From assembly GCA_038108555.1 (NCBI GenBank), contig JAYNIA010000018.1, positions 1 to 44,659 on the forward strand: a DNA stretch of 44,659 bases, given 5' to 3'. Below the pieces are notes generated by a model, which saw nothing but the letters and a program-made list of their open reading frames with translations, made no database searches and was not told the origin of the DNA. Position numbers and translations under genes: made by a program. This document shows, piece by piece, positions 9,905 through 18,483 of this stretch; the stretch's first letter is position 1, and every line of letters begins with the position of its first letter. The DNA comes from Nitrospinota bacterium (lineage in GTDB: Bacteria; Nitrospinota; Nitrospinia; Nitrospinales; VA-1).

Positions 9905-10303
9905 ATGCAATTAAAGAAAATAGTTTTACATTCCACTATTTGGTTTTTGTCAACGTTTCTTACACAACCGGCATATTCTCATTCTGGGCGAACCGATTCC
10001 AGCGGTTGCCACACGAACCGCAAAACAGGGCAATACCATTGCCACAGTAAAAAATCAAAACCAACTTATCAAAGGTATAAATCCCGGGCACTAAGAAATA
10101 CTGCAAAACCACCAAATCCAAAACCTAAACAAAAATTAAAACCCAAGCCCACTAAATCCAATGCAATAAACATTGATAGTGGACCAAACGGAAACGGCCC
10201 CTATAATTGGGAAGATGAAAATGGCATACATATTGTTTTTGATATAAACAGAGTTCCAAAACATTTAAGAGAGAAAATTAAGAAAAGAAGTCATGCCAGA
10301 TAA
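9905..10303 (+). CDS. Secreted YHYH-domain protein with Lys/Pro-rich linker and DUF4124-like C-terminus
   Basis: Signal peptide ending AYS, HSGRTDSSGCHTNRKTGQYHCH motif, C-terminal YNWEDENG...VP. Confidence 0.8.
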   Translation: MQLKKIVLHSTIWFLSTFLTQPAYSHSGRTDSSGCHTNRKTGQYHCHSKKSKPTYQRYKSRALRNTAKPPNPKPKQKLKPKPTKSNAINIDSGPNGNGPYNWEDENGIHIVFDINRVPKHLREKIKKRSHAR

Positions 10304-11258
10304 ATGTCCCGTTTGCACATTCGAATTGAATGGTACTTATCCCGTTAGTGGAACGTATGATTATTCTTTTGATTGCCCTAATTGCGGAAAATATATTCTT
10401 GAAAGTTTGGCAGAATCCTTACTAAAACCAAGCTTGGAGGAACACCCGAACCAGGCGGGGGTAATTAGCCATTATTTGAGAAAAAATCAGAAGGGAAAAA
10501 ACTGGCCTACTTTAGACGATGAAATTTTAAAAAAGCTTGTTGAGGAAGAAATTTATCCAAACCCTGCACAACAAGCAGCCAATTTAATTTTATGGCTTGG
10601 GAAAAACATATCTGCACCAGGAGAAGCTCATCTCATTCAACCCAAAACACATCAAGCAATCATTGGAGCGAGGGATGCAGAGGGCATTGAGTTTGTTTTA
10701 GATTATTTATTCGATAAAAAATTGGTAGAAAATGGTCGCCAATTCGAGATGACGCGCAAAATGGGAGTGGCCTTTGCCACTCTTTCATTTGAAGGTTGGG
10801 CTTATTATGAAGCAATAATGAAGGGCCAAACCATTTCCAAAAAAGCATTCATGGCTATGGAGTTTGGAAACACCGTTTTGGACAAAGTTTTTAGTGAATG
10901 CTTTAAACCCGCAGTAAAAAAAACCGGTTTTGATCTTCAAACTGTACTCGAACAACCTAAGGCTGGGTCCATCGATGATCGGATTAGAGTCGAAATAAGA
11001 AATTCAAAATTCCTTATTGCCGATTTGTCCCATTCCAATAATGGCGCCTATTGGGAAGCAGGTTTTGCGGAAGGATTAGGGAAAATTGTAATTTACACCT
11101 GCCAAAAATCAGTTTGGGAAAATGAGAAAACTCATTTTGATACCAACCATCATCAGACTATTATCTGGGATGAAAATGATCTGGAAAAAGCGGCTGAAGA
11201 TTTAAAAGCCACGATCCGAGCCTCTCTCCCTGAAGATGCGATCATGTCAGATGAGTAG
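10293..11258 (+). CDS. Zn-ribbon + C-terminal TIR/nucleoside 2-deoxyribosyltransferase-like protein
   Basis: CPVC...CPNC; C-terminal AFMAMEF...IRNSKFLIADLSHSNNGAYWEAGFAEGLGKIVIYTC...HFD. Confidence 0.78.
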   Translation: MPDKCPVCTFELNGTYPVSGTYDYSFDCPNCGKYILESLAESLLKPSLEEHPNQAGVISHYLRKNQKGKNWPTLDDEILKKLVEEEIYPNPAQQAANLILWLGKNISAPGEAHLIQPKTHQAIIGARDAEGIEFVLDYLFDKKLVENGRQFEMTRKMGVAFATLSFEGWAYYEAIMKGQTISKKAFMAMEFGNTVLDKVFSECFKPAVKKTGFDLQTVLEQPKAGSIDDRIRVEIRNSKFLIADLSHSNNGAYWEAGFAEGLGKIVIYTCQKSVWENEKTHFDTNHHQTIIWDENDLEKAAEDLKATIRASLPEDAIMSDE

Positions 11259-11378
11259 ATTTTATCCCCCCTGACAAGGGGGGACATAGCGGGGTTCCAA
11301 ATCTCTAAATTCAACCCATAAAAACAACCCTCTCATTACCCCTTAACAGGAGGAAGATTATTGACAACTCCCCCTCCA
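11254..11378. repeat. Direct repeat copy 2 (REPIN-like inverted hairpin doublet)
   Basis: By eye about 8 substitutions and 2 short indels relative to 9720-9841; begins within the last codons of the upstream gene and includes its TAG stop. Confidence 0.95.
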
Positions 11379-11399
11379 CCTTTTTATATTTGACATTTA

Positions 11400-11415
11400 T
11401 AGAATGATCGGTCTA
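11400..11415. promoter_or_regulatory. TetR (NemR-like) operator 1
   Basis: TAGAATGATCGGTCTA, imperfect palindrome overlapping the spacer of a TTGACA(11390)-18-TAATAT promoter. Confidence 0.7.
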
Positions 11416-11424
11416 ATATCAGGA

Positions 11425-12024
11425 ATGGCACGCGGAAGACCACAGGAATTTGATCGAGAAGCTGTCCTCAAAAAAGCGATGGAGCTTTTCTGGGCTCAGG
11501 GCTACCAGGCCGCAGGCATGCAGGCGTTGACCGAGCACATGGGAATCAGCAAGCAAAGTCTATACAACACCTTTGGAGATAAACATCGCCTGCTTCAGGA
11601 AGCCATTGACCATTACAGCAAATATTTATGCCAAAGATGGTCCACCCTGCTGGATGCACCAGGATCTCCATTAAAAAACCTGGAGGAATTTTTTAAATTC
11701 ATTGAGTCTTACCTATTCTCAAAAGATTTTAGAGGCTGCCTGATGGCCAACACAGCGCTGGAAATGGGGCATAAGGATCCGGTAATTCAGAAATTATTAA
11801 AAAAAAGAAGCTCAGATTTGGATAAAGTTATTGAAGGCAACCTGCAACGGGCCATTCAAAAGGGGGAACTCAAAAAATCAACCGACGCCAAGGGCTTAAC
11901 CCTGTTTATTATTAATATTCTTCGCGGCATCATGGTCACTGTGAAAGGAGGGGGATCAAAAGCGGAAATAAAAAATGTTTTAGCCAGTCTTAGAACTCAT
12001 TTAAAGCAGTTTGAACAAAAGTAG
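11425..12024 (+). CDS. TetR/AcrR family regulator (NemR-like)
   Basis: MARGRPQEFDRE, LFWAQGY, GISKQSLYNTFGDK, GCLMAN; start at 11425 preferred over 11404. Confidence 0.93.
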   Translation: MARGRPQEFDREAVLKKAMELFWAQGYQAAGMQALTEHMGISKQSLYNTFGDKHRLLQEAIDHYSKYLCQRWSTLLDAPGSPLKNLEEFFKFIESYLFSKDFRGCLMANTALEMGHKDPVIQKLLKKRSSDLDKVIEGNLQRAIQKGELKKSTDAKGLTLFIINILRGIMVTVKGGGSKAEIKNVLASLRTHLKQFEQK

Positions 12025-12041
12025 TTTTTTTTACCCATTTA

Positions 12042-12057
12042 TAGAACGGACGTTCTA
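12042..12057. promoter_or_regulatory. TetR (NemR-like) operator 2
   Basis: TAGAAC-GGAC-GTTCTA, perfect 6-bp inverted repeat upstream of the tautomerase gene. Confidence 0.75.
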
Positions 12058-12086
12058 CATATATTTCAAACGAAAGGAAATAAACC

Positions 12087-12323
12087 ATGCCATTAATCCA
12101 AATCAAAGGAATCAGCGGAATTTTAAACGATGAGAAAAAGAAGGAGTTGATTGAAAAGGTAACCGATGCGGTGGTGTCGGTCGAAGGCGAAGGTCTGAGG
12201 CCGGTAACCTGGGTACTGGTTGATGAGGTGCCTATGAGCAATTGGGCGGTTGGAGGCAAACAGGTGACTGCCGACTGCATCAAAAAACTGGCTGCCAACA
12301 CTTCAGCGGCTTGTGCAAGCTGA
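12087..12323 (+). CDS. 4-oxalocrotonate tautomerase family protein
   Basis: N-terminal Pro (MPLIQIK), KKELIEKVTDA, NWAVGG; GAAAGGA RBS. Confidence 0.92.
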   Translation: MPLIQIKGISGILNDEKKKELIEKVTDAVVSVEGEGLRPVTWVLVDEVPMSNWAVGGKQVTADCIKKLAANTSAACAS

Positions 12324-12335
12324 TCAAAATGTTAC

Positions 12336-12372
12336 GACAACCTCCTGTGCTTATTTTTGGCGGGGGGTTGTC
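12336..12372 (+). terminator. Intergenic hairpin (terminator or mRNA stabiliser)
   Basis: gacaacctcc...ggggggttgtc followed by atctttt. Confidence 0.5.
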
Positions 12373-12456
12373 ATCTTTTCCGGTGTAAGTTTTATGAATT
12401 TAATTAGACCAAATTAAAATTATTCTTCCTCAATTTCAATAAAGAAAGGAATCACT

Positions 12457-13002
12457 ATGGCAAGGATAGACCCGATTGAACCTGAAAATGCTATGGGCAA
12501 AGCAAAGGATTTATTGAATGCGGTTCAGAAAAATTTTGGCAAGGCCCCCAACATATTTAAAACTATGGCCCAATCTCCTGCAGCTATGGAAGGATTCCTG
12601 CAATTGCATGGGGCATTGGCAGGAGGTGTTTTATCGGAAGCCTTTCAGGAACAAATTGCCCTCTGTGTATCTGAAATCAATGGTTGCAATTACTGTCTTG
12701 CGGCCCACACTGCCATCGGGAAAGGTGTCGGTCTATCTGAGGAGGAGGTCATCTCCAGTCGACAGGGAGAAGCGATGGACCCCAAAATACAGGCGGGGCT
12801 GGAATTTGCCAGGGCCATCATCGCAAACCACGGTTGGGTTTCAGATGAAGAGTATCAAACTGTTCAGCAGGCGGGATACAGTTCCGAGGAAATCATCGAG
12901 ATCATTGCGCAGGTTGCAAAAAATCTGTTTGCGAACTACTTCAATCATATCGCAGGAACTGCAATCGACTTTCCAGCAGCATCGGACTTGAAAAAAGAAT
13001 AG
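12457..13002 (+). CDS. AhpD-like / carboxymuconolactone decarboxylase family peroxidase-related protein
   Basis: PNIFKTMAQSP, EQIALCVSEINGCNYCLAAH. Confidence 0.92.
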   Translation: MARIDPIEPENAMGKAKDLLNAVQKNFGKAPNIFKTMAQSPAAMEGFLQLHGALAGGVLSEAFQEQIALCVSEINGCNYCLAAHTAIGKGVGLSEEEVISSRQGEAMDPKIQAGLEFARAIIANHGWVSDEEYQTVQQAGYSSEEIIEIIAQVAKNLFANYFNHIAGTAIDFPAASDLKKE

Positions 13003-13887
13003 TCAATTATTCCAGATTGATTGGAACTGTTCGAGGAAAACCGGCTCCATCTCGGTGGTGCCGAACACATTGACCTGCTGGTGGTTGTAAAATCCGTGAA
13101 AATCGCGACTTCCGGTTACAATCAAATCAAATTTGTTGGCAAGGTCTATGAAGTATTGCACGGTACCCATCCGTTCCTGATAGGGATAATGACATTCGAG
13201 TCCGAGCAATCCCATTTTTTTTAATTCTTCCACCAAGACCGGAGCGTTCTCCTTTTTCCGGCCTTTTTCAGGACAAATGAGGGAATAGGAACGTTCTCCA
13301 GGGTGAGCCATCACGGGAACCCCCTTACTTTTTCTGATAAGCGATATGGCAGTTTCTGCATCCAGGTTCTCCCGCTGCACATTGTATTTCACCAGGTAAC
13401 GTTCAAAAGCCTGGCTGGTGTTGGAAACAATACCCAAGCGAACCATTTCGCGTGCCAGATGTGGTCTTGCAAGAACACCCTCGGCGGCTCTTTTCACATT
13501 TTCAAATTCAATCTTTCCCTTAAACCTTTCCGGAATGACTCCATCGATCCTCTTGATCAATTCCACCATTCGTCTTTCGCGGGTTTCTGTCATTTCCTGG
13601 ACACGTTGTAACAGTTCGGGATCAATGGATTCATAATCCTTAAAATAAGCCAGCAGGTGGATATTAAAATCGTGAAATTTTACGGTGATCTCGATTCCGG
13701 GAAATGCTTCAATATCGGTTTCTTTTGCGGCTCTTAAAAATTCGGGGACACCGTCAAAAGTGTCATGGTCGGTGAGAGATAAAAGGGTCACATCATTTTC
13801 CCGGGCAATTTCTACCAGTTTTGCTGGAGGAAATTCGCCATCTGAAAATGTGGAATGCATATGAATTTCGGATTTTCGGTTGGGCAT
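13003..13887 (-). CDS. PHP-domain phosphoesterase (TrpH/YciV-like)
   Basis: HMHSTFSDG, LTDHDT, GIEI, RPHLA, MAHP, TGSRDFHG; ATG 13887 preceded by GAGG. Confidence 0.92.
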   Translation of the reverse strand: MPNRKSEIHMHSTFSDGEFPPAKLVEIARENDVTLLSLTDHDTFDGVPEFLRAAKETDIEAFPGIEITVKFHDFNIHLLAYFKDYESIDPELLQRVQEMTETRERRMVELIKRIDGVIPERFKGKIEFENVKRAAEGVLARPHLAREMVRLGIVSNTSQAFERYLVKYNVQRENLDAETAISLIRKSKGVPVMAHPGERSYSLICPEKGRKKENAPVLVEELKKMGLLGLECHYPYQERMGTVQYFIDLANKFDLIVTGSRDFHGFYNHQQVNVFGTTEMEPVFLEQFQSIWNN

Positions 13888-14053
13888 GAGCAACCTCAAA
13901 TTTAAAACACAATCTTAACCGCCCCTGAGGCTCGTGGCAACAATCAATTACCCAAATTACATCTTTGGCACAGAAAAACTCCTAAACAGAAGGGCCATTT
14001 ATTGAAACCCCTTCCGGTTGATTTAGAGTTCTATTTTCGATACCTTAATTGAT

Positions 14054-15373
14054 ATGAATCGATTTTTACTAGTCATCTTGGTACTTCTTACCGCCTGTCT
14101 TTCTCCGCATCCCCCAGTTTCCTCTTCAAGAGCTGCGGCCTCCCAAAGTTTATTAGTAGTTTATACCGGGAATTTACTTGGAGAACTGAAACCCTGCGGT
14201 TGCGCCAAAGAAGAAGATCAAGGGGGTATCGAACGCCGCATGCAATATCTTAATGACTTGAGGAAAAATTATCCTGAAATTTTACTGGTTGATACGGGTG
14301 ATCACTTTAAAGAACCCACGAGGCAGGGGAAACTAAAAGCGGTGACGTTGATGAAAGCCACTGAGAAAATGAACTATGATGCCCTTGCTCTGGGAGGACG
14401 GGACCTGGTCTACGGGTCAAAATTTTTACAGGATCAACCGGTTCCTTTTATTTCTGGAAATATTGAACTTGAAAAATTCTCAATTCCAAAAACTCGCATT
14501 AAAAAATTTAAAAATGGACAAAAAGTCACCCTCTTAGCTGTCGTCGATCCCGACTTTTTTTATGTAAAAAATCATTCTGGACTCAAGATCCTGGATCCAG
14601 ATCAAATCGTTAGTCAGGAAATCCCAAAGATAAAAAAATCCAGTCCCTTTGACCTCACAGTCTTGCTCACTCATATGCGGAAGGAAAAAGCTTTAAAGTT
14701 TCTGGATACTGAGGGGGTGGATATTATTATCAACGGACATATTGATAGCGAAACAGATACGGTGGATATGGAACCGGTCTATAAAAACGGCAAAGTTTTT
14801 GTACAAGCATCGCCCCGAGGCCAGAAAATGGGGGAATTACGGGTAAATTTTGATGACAAGGGAAAATTGTCCTTTGAACATCAAATGGTTCGACTGGATT
14901 CGAGTATAAAAAACGACCCCGGGATGGTAAAATTATACGAAAATTATAACGATCAGATTGAAGCCATGTTTTTTGAAAGCCTGGCTGCCAAGCGGAATAA
15001 GGATGAAGTTTCCGTATTTGCCGGAGAAGCTACCTGCAAAACCTGTCATTCTGCGGCGCATGAAAAATGGTCCTCATCCCGGCATGGTCGGGCTTATGAA
15101 ACATTGAGAAAGAATAACAAGGCCTTTGATCCGGAATGCCTGGTCTGCCATGTGGTTGGGTACAATACCCCCGGTGGGTTTATCAGTGAATTGGACACCC
15201 CGGATTTAAAAAATGTCCAATGCGAAGTTTGCCATGGTTCAGGGAAAAAACATATTTCAGCGCCCCAACCGGGATACGGAAAGGAAGCTCGAAATGCTTG
15301 CAAGAAATGCCATGTTAAAAATCATAGCCCCAGGTTCAACTTCACACAATACTGGCCTAAAATAAAACATTAA
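14054..15373 (+). CDS. UshA/5'-nucleotidase-like domain fused to tetraheme cytochrome c (c554-like)
   Basis: Signal peptide; GELKPCGC...GGIERR; LLVDTGD; INGH; four CxxCH (CKTCH, CLVCH, CEVCH, CKKCH). Confidence 0.85.
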   Translation: MNRFLLVILVLLTACLSPHPPVSSSRAAASQSLLVVYTGNLLGELKPCGCAKEEDQGGIERRMQYLNDLRKNYPEILLVDTGDHFKEPTRQGKLKAVTLMKATEKMNYDALALGGRDLVYGSKFLQDQPVPFISGNIELEKFSIPKTRIKKFKNGQKVTLLAVVDPDFFYVKNHSGLKILDPDQIVSQEIPKIKKSSPFDLTVLLTHMRKEKALKFLDTEGVDIIINGHIDSETDTVDMEPVYKNGKVFVQASPRGQKMGELRVNFDDKGKLSFEHQMVRLDSSIKNDPGMVKLYENYNDQIEAMFFESLAAKRNKDEVSVFAGEATCKTCHSAAHEKWSSSRHGRAYETLRKNNKAFDPECLVCHVVGYNTPGGFISELDTPDLKNVQCEVCHGSGKKHISAPQPGYGKEARNACKKCHVKNHSPRFNFTQYWPKIKH

Positions 15374-15406
15374 TACCTGCAGAAAATAATTATCAAGGAG
15401 AAGTTC

Positions 15407-16030
15407 ATGAAACAAATAGCAGCCATCCTTCTGACTTTCATTTTTATTCTTCCCGGAATCGTATCGGCGGATGAGAAGATCCGCGGCAAATATGAAGTCA
15501 TAGGAGACATGAATAAACTCAAGGGAGTCAAAACCATAAAAATGGTTGAATTTTTCAACTACTCCTGCGGGCATTGCTATCGGTTTTTGGAAACTTCAAA
15601 AAAACTACGTTCAAAATTTAAAGACAAGCTGCATCACAAAAAATATCCTATCTACTGGGGCAACCAGACCCCCTACCCAGCAAAAGCGTTCTATATAACC
15701 GACGAACTTGGGTTGGAGGAAGAATTCACTCAGGAACTGTTTGACACCAATTTCAAACTGAACATCAACATTTTCCAGCAAAAGGTTATTAAATTTCTCG
15801 CAAAAGAATACAAAATTGAAAAAGAAATGACTGCGGGAATGCAATCGGAAGCCATCACCGCGAAAACCAATGAATCCCTGGAACTGGCTAAAAAATATAA
15901 GGCCAACGAAACCCCAACCATCATTATTAATGATGTTTTGAAAGTGGCTCCCAGCATAACCAAGGGAAATGTTGACGAAATGACGGCAAACCTGGAAATT
16001 ATCTTTGAAGATATTCTGAAGAATCAATAA
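15407..16030 (+). CDS. DsbA-family thiol:disulfide oxidoreductase
   Basis: Signal peptide, EFFNYSCGHC, cis-Pro loop ETPT. Confidence 0.9.
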   Translation: MKQIAAILLTFIFILPGIVSADEKIRGKYEVIGDMNKLKGVKTIKMVEFFNYSCGHCYRFLETSKKLRSKFKDKLHHKKYPIYWGNQTPYPAKAFYITDELGLEEEFTQELFDTNFKLNINIFQQKVIKFLAKEYKIEKEMTAGMQSEAITAKTNESLELAKKYKANETPTIIINDVLKVAPSITKGNVDEMTANLEIIFEDILKNQ

Positions 16031-16076
16031 AACTTACCCGGGACATTTTTTCATTCACCCACAATCACATAAATTA

Positions 16077-17654
16077 ATGAAGTTGAAGATTAAAAATAAG
16101 TGGCAAGTATGGATTCTCCTGCCAGCCCTGGTGTTGTTATGGACCCTGCCTGCTCTAAGCTTCAATTTAAACACTCTAAACCCGGCCAACAAATCAGACT
16201 TTTTCAATAAAGACCTGGAAAGTTTTGAAGAAGTCCTGGATTTAGTTACCGAAAAATATGTTTACTCCCCCGATCCAAAGCAGTTATTTTCTGCAGCGAT
16301 CGAAAAAATGGTGAATGCGGGCGATTCCACCAATGCAACCCTGACCACCCATTCTTCTCGAAGCACCGTCACGTTTAATAATAAAACCACTGAATACTTT
16401 TTAAATTACGATATCAGCCATGACCTGGACGAATTGCGAAAGGTTTATTATTTCCTGCGCGACGAATCCAAAAATTCCATATCCAAAGAAGAACTTGAGG
16501 TTGCCGCCATCCGAGGCTTACTAGGCTCACTGGACACCTACTCCTTGTATCTGGATAAATCCGCGTTTGAAAAATCCATGCGGGATACGGAAGGGAAGTA
16601 TGGAGGGTTGGGTATGGTTATCACGATGAGAGACAATCGTCTTTATGTGACCAAAATCATGGAAGACTCTCCAGCAAAAGAAGCGGGCATACTTGCGGAT
16701 GATTCTTTTATTAAGGTGAACGGAAAGGAAATTAAAAACCTGCAAATCGAGGAGCTGGCGAATCTACTCAGAGGGTATCCCAAAACCAAGGTTACTCTAA
16801 CCATGTACCGTCCAAGCGAAAAAAAAGAATATACCCGCACATTAACGCGCAGGATTATTCTAGTGAATACTGTTGAATACGAGCCACTGGACAACGAAAT
16901 CGGGTATTTCAAAATAACCAGTTTTTCCAAGTTAACGGAAAAACAATTGACAAAAAATCTTGGAAAGGCCAAACAAAAGGGAATGAAAGGAGTCATCCTC
17001 GATTTACGTGGAAACCCCGGGGGACTCCTTCATCAGTCCGTGAAGGTTGCCAGCCATTTTCTATTTAAGGGAAGGATGGTGGTTTACACAAAGGGACGCA
17101 CCAAAGAGGATTACCAGGAATATAGAAGCCTCTACAAAAAAAGCCTTTATAAAATGCCTGTAGTTGTTTTAATAAATCAATACAGTGCAAGTGCGGCAGA
17201 AATCGTGGCGGGAGCCTTAAGGGATTCCGGAAATGCCCTGCTTATCGGAGAAAACTCTTATGGAAAAGGGTCCGTGCAAACCATTTTTCGAATCAGCGAT
17301 GGCACAGGCATTCGATTAACCACTTCCAAATATTACACTCCGGCAGGAGAAGACATCACAAAAAATGGAATTACCCCTGAAATAAAGATAATTAATGATA
17401 TAACAGAAAGCTCTGAAATTTCGGATAAGGAAAAGGACAAAACATATAAGAACAATTCCCTTGAGCTAAAAATTTCCAATTTGAAAGCTTTCTTTGAAAA
17501 ACAGGGAATCGAACTCAATAAGTCGCATGACGCAACTGTTGAGTTTGCTCAACGTATCTTGAAAAATTCACATATCGCAAGCAAAAAGAAGTCATTAGAA
17601 AAGGCTCGCGAAATTGCTGCAAATATTAATCAAAAGAAAATAACAGGGCTTTAA
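16077..17654 (+). CDS. S41 carboxyl-terminal processing protease (CtpA/Prc-like) with PDZ domain
   Basis: GGLG, DLRGNPGG, SASAAEIVAGALRD, SYGKGSVQ, YYTPAG. Confidence 0.95.
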   Translation: MKLKIKNKWQVWILLPALVLLWTLPALSFNLNTLNPANKSDFFNKDLESFEEVLDLVTEKYVYSPDPKQLFSAAIEKMVNAGDSTNATLTTHSSRSTVTFNNKTTEYFLNYDISHDLDELRKVYYFLRDESKNSISKEELEVAAIRGLLGSLDTYSLYLDKSAFEKSMRDTEGKYGGLGMVITMRDNRLYVTKIMEDSPAKEAGILADDSFIKVNGKEIKNLQIEELANLLRGYPKTKVTLTMYRPSEKKEYTRTLTRRIILVNTVEYEPLDNEIGYFKITSFSKLTEKQLTKNLGKAKQKGMKGVILDLRGNPGGLLHQSVKVASHFLFKGRMVVYTKGRTKEDYQEYRSLYKKSLYKMPVVVLINQYSASAAEIVAGALRDSGNALLIGENSYGKGSVQTIFRISDGTGIRLTTSKYYTPAGEDITKNGITPEIKIINDITESSEISDKEKDKTYKNNSLELKISNLKAFFEKQGIELNKSHDATVEFAQRILKNSHIASKKKSLEKAREIAANINQKKITGL

Positions 17655-17657
17655 GTA

Positions 17658-17900
17658 ATGAATATCATCAACATCGATTATGAAAAAGGGACGGTTCAAA
17701 GTGATTTTTTCCTTTGGCATATTGTCTCAAACAATAACAATAAATTTTTACTTTTGCAGCGCGAGGAAAACGGAAGGTTCCATGCTGCCGAGGCAGATGT
17801 AAAGGCAAAACAGATCTGGGAGGTGAAGGAAATATCCTACCGTGGACCGGATGGCGACACCTTCTTTTATGACGAGGAATCCGGAATAATAAAAGTCTGA
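17658..17900 (+). CDS. Hypothetical protein
   Basis: 80-aa ORF 3 nt after the S41 protease stop, no competing gene. Confidence 0.6.
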   Translation: MNIINIDYEKGTVQSDFFLWHIVSNNNNKFLLLQREENGRFHAAEADVKAKQIWEVKEISYRGPDGDTFFYDEESGIIKV

Positions 17901-17913
17901 CCCGGAGACCGAA

Positions 17914-18483
17914 TCATTCAGACTGGTAAATACGTAAGGATTTTAGATGGGACAAGGAGGATCTAAGAACCTCCTTGGTTTTTCCTGCCAAAAAATTTCC
18001 CCTCAGATCCAATTTGTTGAGTTTGGGAAAATTTTTAGACTCTGCAAATGCAAGAGCCCCTGCATCCCGGATTTCATTCCACCCGAGCTGTAATTTTTTC
18101 AGATTGCCGTAACTTTTAGAGTTAGCAAGAGCCACCGCCCCTTCATCCGCAAGAAAATTATGTTTTAGGATTAAAGTTTTCAGCTTTTTAAACGGAGCTG
18201 CCTCTGCCAGCAGCTTACCCCCTTCAGGACTGATTGCGTTGTAGCGCAAATCCAGTTTTTTCAGATTTCCCAAAAAATCTTGGCGAAGTAAAACTTTTAA
18301 TCCTTTGTCACCTATTTTCTTTCCAGAAAGGTTCAGGACCCCTCCCTTGAGATTTTCTTTGAATAATTTTTCGAAATCCGGTTCGGAAGAATCAATTTGG
18401 GCCGAAGAAATCGTACTCAAAAGGACAATTGTCGTGACCACAAAAGCAGAAAAAATTCGAAGTCCCGTTTGCATCCCGGTCAA
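17914..18483 (-). CDS. Exported leucine-rich repeat protein (RI/GALA-like)
   Basis: Signal-peptide-like N-terminus; 28-aa repeats LKKLDLRYNAISPEG, LKTLILKHNFLADEG, LKKLQLGWNEIRDAG. Confidence 0.88.
   Translation of the reverse strand: MTGMQTGLRIFSAFVVTTIVLLSTISSAQIDSSEPDFEKLFKENLKGGVLNLSGKKIGDKGLKVLLRQDFLGNLKKLDLRYNAISPEGGKLLAEAAPFKKLKTLILKHNFLADEGAVALANSKSYGNLKKLQLGWNEIRDAGALAFAESKNFPKLNKLDLRGNFLAGKTKEVLRSSLSHLKSLRIYQSE

Noticed and set aside
9720..11378. CRISPR array, classical integron or IS/composite transposon
   Set aside because: Only two long repeats 1.4 kb apart; no cas, intI or transposase in the window; no clear RYYYAAC/GTTRRRY attC ends
14195..14203. Selenocysteine in the UshA-like CxU motif
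   Set aside because: Codons are TGC GGT TGC; this is the Cys form with no in-frame TGA
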